A DNA stretch of 56,261 bases, counting the filler, from Dirinaria sp. TL-2023a (Eukaryota): the NCBI GenBank assembly GCA_051941275.1. It is 5 parts of 5 records of this genome, joined end to end, with 100 filler letters (N's around TTAATTAATTAA, not from the genome) between each part and the next. Parts side by side here need not be neighbours in the genome. Positions count along the whole stretch, not along the records: positions 45,095 to 56,261 come from JAVEBF010000868.1; 4 more parts are not named here. One strand, 5' to 3'. The notes under the pieces are model-generated. The model searched no databases, was not told where the DNA came from, and saw only the letters and a program-made list of their open reading frames with translations. Of this stretch, positions 51,251 through 56,261 are shown one piece after another (position 1 is the stretch's first letter; each line of letters opens with the position of its first letter). Position numbers and translations under genes: made by a program.

Positions 51251-51386
51251 GGACGTAGGCCGAAGCCAGTCAACCCCGAAACCCGCCGAACATAGTCTGG
51301 TTCAATCAACCTGTACTATCCAGGGAACATAGGCCGAAGCCAGTCCCTCTGGATTTCCAGGTGATGATCCTAGACTAGTTCAAACG
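51251..51386. repeat. Two degenerate copies of a unit of about 74 bp with an exact 16-bp core
   Basis: TAGGCCGAAGCCAGTC at 51256-51271 and 51330-51345, each followed by tagtctggttcaa or tagactagttcaa. Confidence 0.65.
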
Positions 51387-51535
51387 GATCCGCTCACCTA
51401 CCTCGGAGTGTTGCCGATGAGTTGGAGCCTTTGACAAAAAGCGATTTGCTGAAGCATATCGCCAAACGAGATGCGCCCAGAAACAAAACGCCACAAAGCA
51501 AAGCTCAAAATCAACACTTCTTTCTTCCGCCGCCA

Positions 51536-52456
51536 TCACTGCTCATCTCCATCACCCTCTGGCCTCCTGGCACGCTGGTTCTGTCGACGACGCTTATTAC
51601 GGCGCTTCTTGGGCGCCGCGTCTTCCACTGTCTCTGGCTGCTCCGGCTTGTCGTCTACCTGTGCTTGTAGATCCTTTGGCTCTTCTTGAGCGTTGCCGTT
51701 GGTGGTGTCGTTGTCGCCAGAGACATTTGCCGTTCCCTGAGTGGTGTCATTGGCAGGGGTGTCGTTGGCAGTGGTGTCGTTGGCAATGATATCGTCGACT
51801 ATGTCACAGGGGAACGCGATATCTGAGCCGTCTTCGATGTTGCCATAGACTATGCTTGCGGGAATTGTGATGAACGATCCTAATGCCAGATTGCGTTCGG
51901 CTTTGAGTTTCCATTCGAAGAGTAACGTTTCGTAACGTTGGGCCTTGGCTTTGGCTTTGTTGGCTTCTTCGAGTAGCGAGTCCGTTTGGCCGATCAATTC
52001 CTTGATTCTGTCGTCTTTCTGCCTGGATGCGAGCTGAAGGTTTGCAATCATGGCATGACTTGGCGGTAAGACTTGGCGGTAGAAAAGGTCCTTCACGCTC
52101 TGCGCAGCTTCTTTCGCGGCAAGAGAGGAAAAACAAACGCCGATTGCGAGACAGAAGAGCATCCAGGCCAAGACGAAAGCGGAGAAGGCTGCACCGGTCA
52201 CTAAAGCAAGTCAATTGACTTCTCCTTCGATAAATGTAGTAAATGTTCGCTTACCTTGAAAGGCGCTCTCGTCTCCAGGCATTACCTGGATTTGGAACGA
52301 GGCGGGGGCTATGATCGGCGCGTCTTGCAAATCGCGATACGTTGACGCCAAAGAGGGTTTTAACTGCTCGCTAGCAGTTTTGGGCACCTCAAGGTACCCC
52401 TCGAAATACTTCTGCACGATCCACCGGGCTACACTGACTAGCGCTGTTGAAGCCAT
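51536..52456 (-). CDS. Orphan protein with one TM segment, a coiled coil, NDT repeats and a basic tail; 2 exons
   Basis: ATG 52456 (MASTALVSV). Intron GTAAGC..TTGAC..TAG at 52201-52254 joins FQ/VTGAAF in frame with the 221-aa ORF. Confidence 0.65.
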
Positions 52457-52499
52457 GGCTATATGCGCGCTGAGTAGGATTGAAGTTGTCGTGGTCGAG

Positions 52500-52735
52500 A
52501 AGAGCAGTGGTTGTGATGACGCACACGCGAAAGCTTGGTGTGGTCTCAGACTCGATCGATGGTAAGGATCCAAATCATTCAATGCCGAAGCCGCGAGGCT
52601 TGGCTACACACAAGAGCGGTGGTTTTGACGACGCACACGCGTGAGCTTGGTGTGATCTCGGACGCGATCGAAAATCGGGTTCAAATGATGTGATCCTCAA
52701 GCCGCGAGGCTTGATTACTCAAAGAGCGGTGGTTT
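52500..52735. repeat. Imperfect tandem repeat, unit about 111 bp, about 2.1 copies
   Basis: AAGAGCRGTGGTT starts at 52500, 52612 and 52722. The two full units share GACGCACACGCG..AGCTTGGTGTG and AAGCCGCGAGGCTTG. Confidence 0.85.
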
Positions 52736-55700
52736 ATGTTGTCAAATCGATGCAAGCACTGATGGTACGGTACCGCAGCGAAATAAAAATGAGGGTGAGG
52801 GAGAGAAAGAAGAGAGAAAAGTTTCGAGAAGTGAGCTCAAGAAATAGTGCCGTGTGAGGGCTAATCTCGCTTAGCGCTGGCGCTATCAGATATTCACTCT
52901 TCCTAGGTCTGACTCCGATCCTATTTGTCAGGTGTGGGTCCACTTTTTCCTTTGTTCAATCGGCAGGGGGTTCTTACACAATGGGTATTCAATTGACTTG
53001 CCTGGGAAGGTGGAACCGTGGTATAAGCGAGTTCAGTAGTGGGTCGGCTAACAATGCTGTCTGGTGAGGATGATGCCTCAGAATTTGAACCCGTGGACAA
53101 GTCTTCTGACAATTTAAGCAGATGCAATCTCAGAAGTGGGTCTAGCATCAACACAATGGGCTTTTCATGGATAACCATGCCTCGTAGAACAGAGTCGTAG
53201 GCATCTCTGATTGGGATGCAACATCAGAGCGTAAGTCGACCACCTAAAACTATTGTCTTGCATTGGGAGATGAAGTTTCTTCTATATTGTATATCTAGAG
53301 GTGGAACGTGTTCGGAAATGGGTCTCTTTGTTCGGCGCTTATATACCTTACCGGATCCCAGGACAAAGGCCACATGCGTCTCATTAAAATGTTGAGGAAC
53401 AAAGGATGTTTGCTGCGCTAGCCGGAAATCTTGATGGTGATCGTGGAAGATCTGCTGAGTCATATGAAGCGAAGCAAGTGAGAGAATTGCATACATGAAA
53501 TCAGTCTTCACTGCGGTGAGAAATTGAATATGAGTAATAACAGCGAGTATACTATGGGCTTTGTGTACTTCCGTATGCTGAGCCTCAAATGTACATTAAT
53601 TGGTCTTTCAGAGGAAAACAAGCCTAGACCTACAATGAGCTACGATTCGACTTACTATTCAGGCATTGCAATGGCGAGTGTTGAGCTCCGATACCCGACG
53701 AAAGACTCTGCCCAGTACCTTCTAAAGGTGACCTTGCTTCTCTGAGCTCGCGGTTGTTAACAGTTGAGCTGACGACCGGAACAGGTGATGCACCCCGTCT
53801 CTCGGCTGATGAGACAATGTTCAGGGTGAGCCGAGACAGGTCCTGAGACCTTGCAAAAACTTCCTGGTACGCTCAAGCAAACCAGATCCAGGGAGCCGCG
53901 GTTTCACAGAACAGCGAAGAAATCAATAATGACGACCCAAAGACTCCCATCCTAATCCAAACCCTTCAGCATCTCCCTGCAATCCAGCACGTGGCCGATC
54001 AGATCTTCAGAATACCGGAGTCATCTTTAGTAAGGCTTAGAAAAGGGGTGCGCCAGCGGGCAGGTCTTGAGGGAGGAGTAATCGGACTCATCCACGTTTC
54101 GGATCCGTGTTGCTCGATTTCTGAGATGTGCAGATATCTAAGGAAGCTTTTTGCCAGTCTAAATACCAGAGGACGACATACGTGTCTCCTATGCCTTTAT
54201 ATCATTTTGCGAACAGTCTTAACTAACGAGGCGCATTTTGGACAGTCTGTGCCAGGGTCAATTATGCCTGCAGGTCCGGTAAAGAAAACCCTGAGTCAAT
54301 ATCGCTCCAGCAATGTCAGAAGCTACAGCCTGACAATTAGATACTTCTACATGCCTTGCTATCATCCAATTTTCCTGCACCAATGGCAGCTTAGCCGGAG
54401 CCTGGGTTCGAAAGTCAACTTGCCTACCTCCTCTGCACAGAATGTCGATCGATACCAGAATTCGAAAACAGAGGCGGAAAGTCAAAGACAATGACGGTAG
54501 CCGTGATGCTGCATTCATGACTGGACCAACCAGTCTTGCAGGCCTTGGAAAGCTTTTTGCTAACATTCTAAGAGGTCCAATATAACAATAGAGGCTTGCT
54601 GTATACATAAACTCATATGAGAAGAGCAGTACACACCCTTGTAAAAGCCATTGAGCGTGAGTGGGACGGGATTCTTAATCGAGCTATCGAATGAATATTT
54701 ATACCACCATTCGAATGGGGTTACATGGCGTAGAGCATGTTCACGGCTTCGGAAAAGTTTCTTCTAGGAAGTTTGCCCCAATGGTTTCTATCCGAAAGCA
54801 AATGTACACGTACTCGTTATACATGATTCAACATCACTTGAATAAGATCTCACTGTTATGATTGTATATCATCATTCAGCAAATTTCGCATTCATACCCT
54901 GCTCTGTCAAGATGTTTCAGTTCAATGCATTACTTCATCTCTTCTCTTCCATAAGAGGACCCTCTCTATAAGGTTTTCTTACAATAATACTTAATTCCTC
55001 ATCCACGAAAATAAATATACATACTTCCTTGACTATAACCCCCCCTTAAGAAGCACCACTACATCTTCATTCCCTAGACATATACAACATTAACCTCAAC
55101 TATCTCCTTTCCCGCAGACTCAACGCCCGCACGTCGCTAGAGAGAGACATACCCCCACATTCTTCCCCACCACAACCATCCTCTCCCCATCGATTCTATG
55201 CATCCATATCTTACAAAATATTTCCCATGCACCTTCTCCCTCCCCATCTCGATCCATCATCTATTTACACATAGACTATCAATCTTCCATTCTTATTTTC
55301 AAGCTCCCAGCATATCCCCATGCCAACCATATTTACGCTTTAAAGCTATACCCCTACCAGATAGATATCCTGCACTCCCAGAGCCAGAAAAATAATGGTC
55401 TTAAAGGACTAGGTTACCGCTGTGCGTTCTTGGAAACCCGCCCTCCGCTACGCGCTCCTATCCGTTGAGAACAAAGCATCAATGCTTACCGAGGTTTTTG
55501 AATCCAATGCTCAAGAATATCTATACTAGGACTATAGGTCCGCATGGGAACTGAAACTCAAACCATATGTCTAAGCCATGCTATACCTTTAATCGACGAG
55601 CTACTCCTCTCGGATTAAAACCCAGCTGCAGCGAGTTCGTTGGTTCGTGCATTCCTACTCTACCATCGTCAATATAACATTAATTCTCCATCATCGACCT

Positions 55701-56261
55701 ACTCACAGATCGTACATTTAAATAAATCGGTCTATCTTTTAAGATCCTTTGTTGCTCTCTTTCTTATACATCTGGCTTGTAAAGATAGGATATAGGTTAC
55801 TTAATTTGCTTCCCCCTTGTTCCGCTCATAACGCGGTGTTTACGCAAGCGCAGTCTATTTTGACTTTGCTATGGTTGAGATATGTATCGTGATCTTTGTA
55901 CTCACTTCTTTCATTGCAGAATATATTTAAAAAAAAAGGTGTCCTTCGATTTTTGTACTTGTTGTATAATAAGATGCGTCCTTTAATTTTTTTTTTTGTA
56001 CGGAGGAGGTTTCGAGAGGAGTTTAGGCGGTTGAGGAAGAGCGATATCCTTGGGTATGTTCTTCCGTAAGCGCACAGATCCAGGGATGAGAGAGAGAATA
56101 AGGGCTATGGTTGGGATATGAAAGATGCGCCCCACGCATTGAGATCTTGAGGTATATCTACTATCCAAACCCATTAATATTTATTTCAAAATATAGAAAA
56201 AGATAGTATCTAAAGACCACTGTCCGAATTCCTTCCCTTCCCCTTCTCTCATGTAGAAGAG

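Noticed and set aside
51256..52735. Repeats considered as a CRISPR-like array
   Set aside because: Eukaryotic context, only 2-3 copies, inter-repeat segments similar to each other rather than unique, and no cas genes.
52921..54494. In-frame ORF pair 52921-53511 (-) separated by one stop, and ORF 53991-54494 (+)
   Set aside because: They may be gene relics, but no family is recognisable and no reliable splice model can be built.
54950..55400. Strand-skewed, stop-riddled segment faintly like a HET-protein C-terminus
   Set aside because: Too degenerate to call by eye.
1..56261. tRNA or rRNA genes
   Set aside because: The GTTCGA-like words I checked (for example near 28030 and 53085) lack cloverleaf stems, and I recognised no rRNA-like sequence.

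Overview
This window is eukaryotic, intron-containing DNA from a filamentous ascomycete (Pezizomycotina-type genes with GT..AG introns and CTRAC branch sites). It is not one locus. Five contigs of about 11.17 kb are joined by artificial 100-nt N44-TTAATTAATTAA-N44 spacers (11185-11284, 22455-22554, 33725-33824, 44995-45094), so adjacency across spacers means nothing. Contig 1 carries the Sin3 corepressor, a FAS1-domain protein and a fumarate reductase fused to cytochrome b5. Contig 2 carries a Sel1-repeat Nif1-like protein, a FAR-17a/AIG1-like membrane protein, an MBL-fold lactonase-like hydrolase and mitochondrial MSH1. Contig 3 carries a membrane-anchored GH16 and a processive GT2 synthase-like gene with an unusually long, hairpin-rich intron, then a TA-flanked MITE with telomere-type repeats and a partial 2-methylcitrate dehydratase. 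Contig 4 carries an MFS transporter, a methyltransferase pseudogene, a DUF3237 gene converging on a PSI-domain membrane protein gene, a LaeA-like methyltransferase and a 5'-truncated LINE. Contig 5 holds orphan or disrupted genes and short tandem repeats. The best leads are the GT2+GH16 synthase/hydrolase pair, its structured intron, a possible intron-initiated short Sin3 isoform and the telo-box MITE. All family calls come from recognising motifs by eye; no searches were run, and exon boundaries are approximate.
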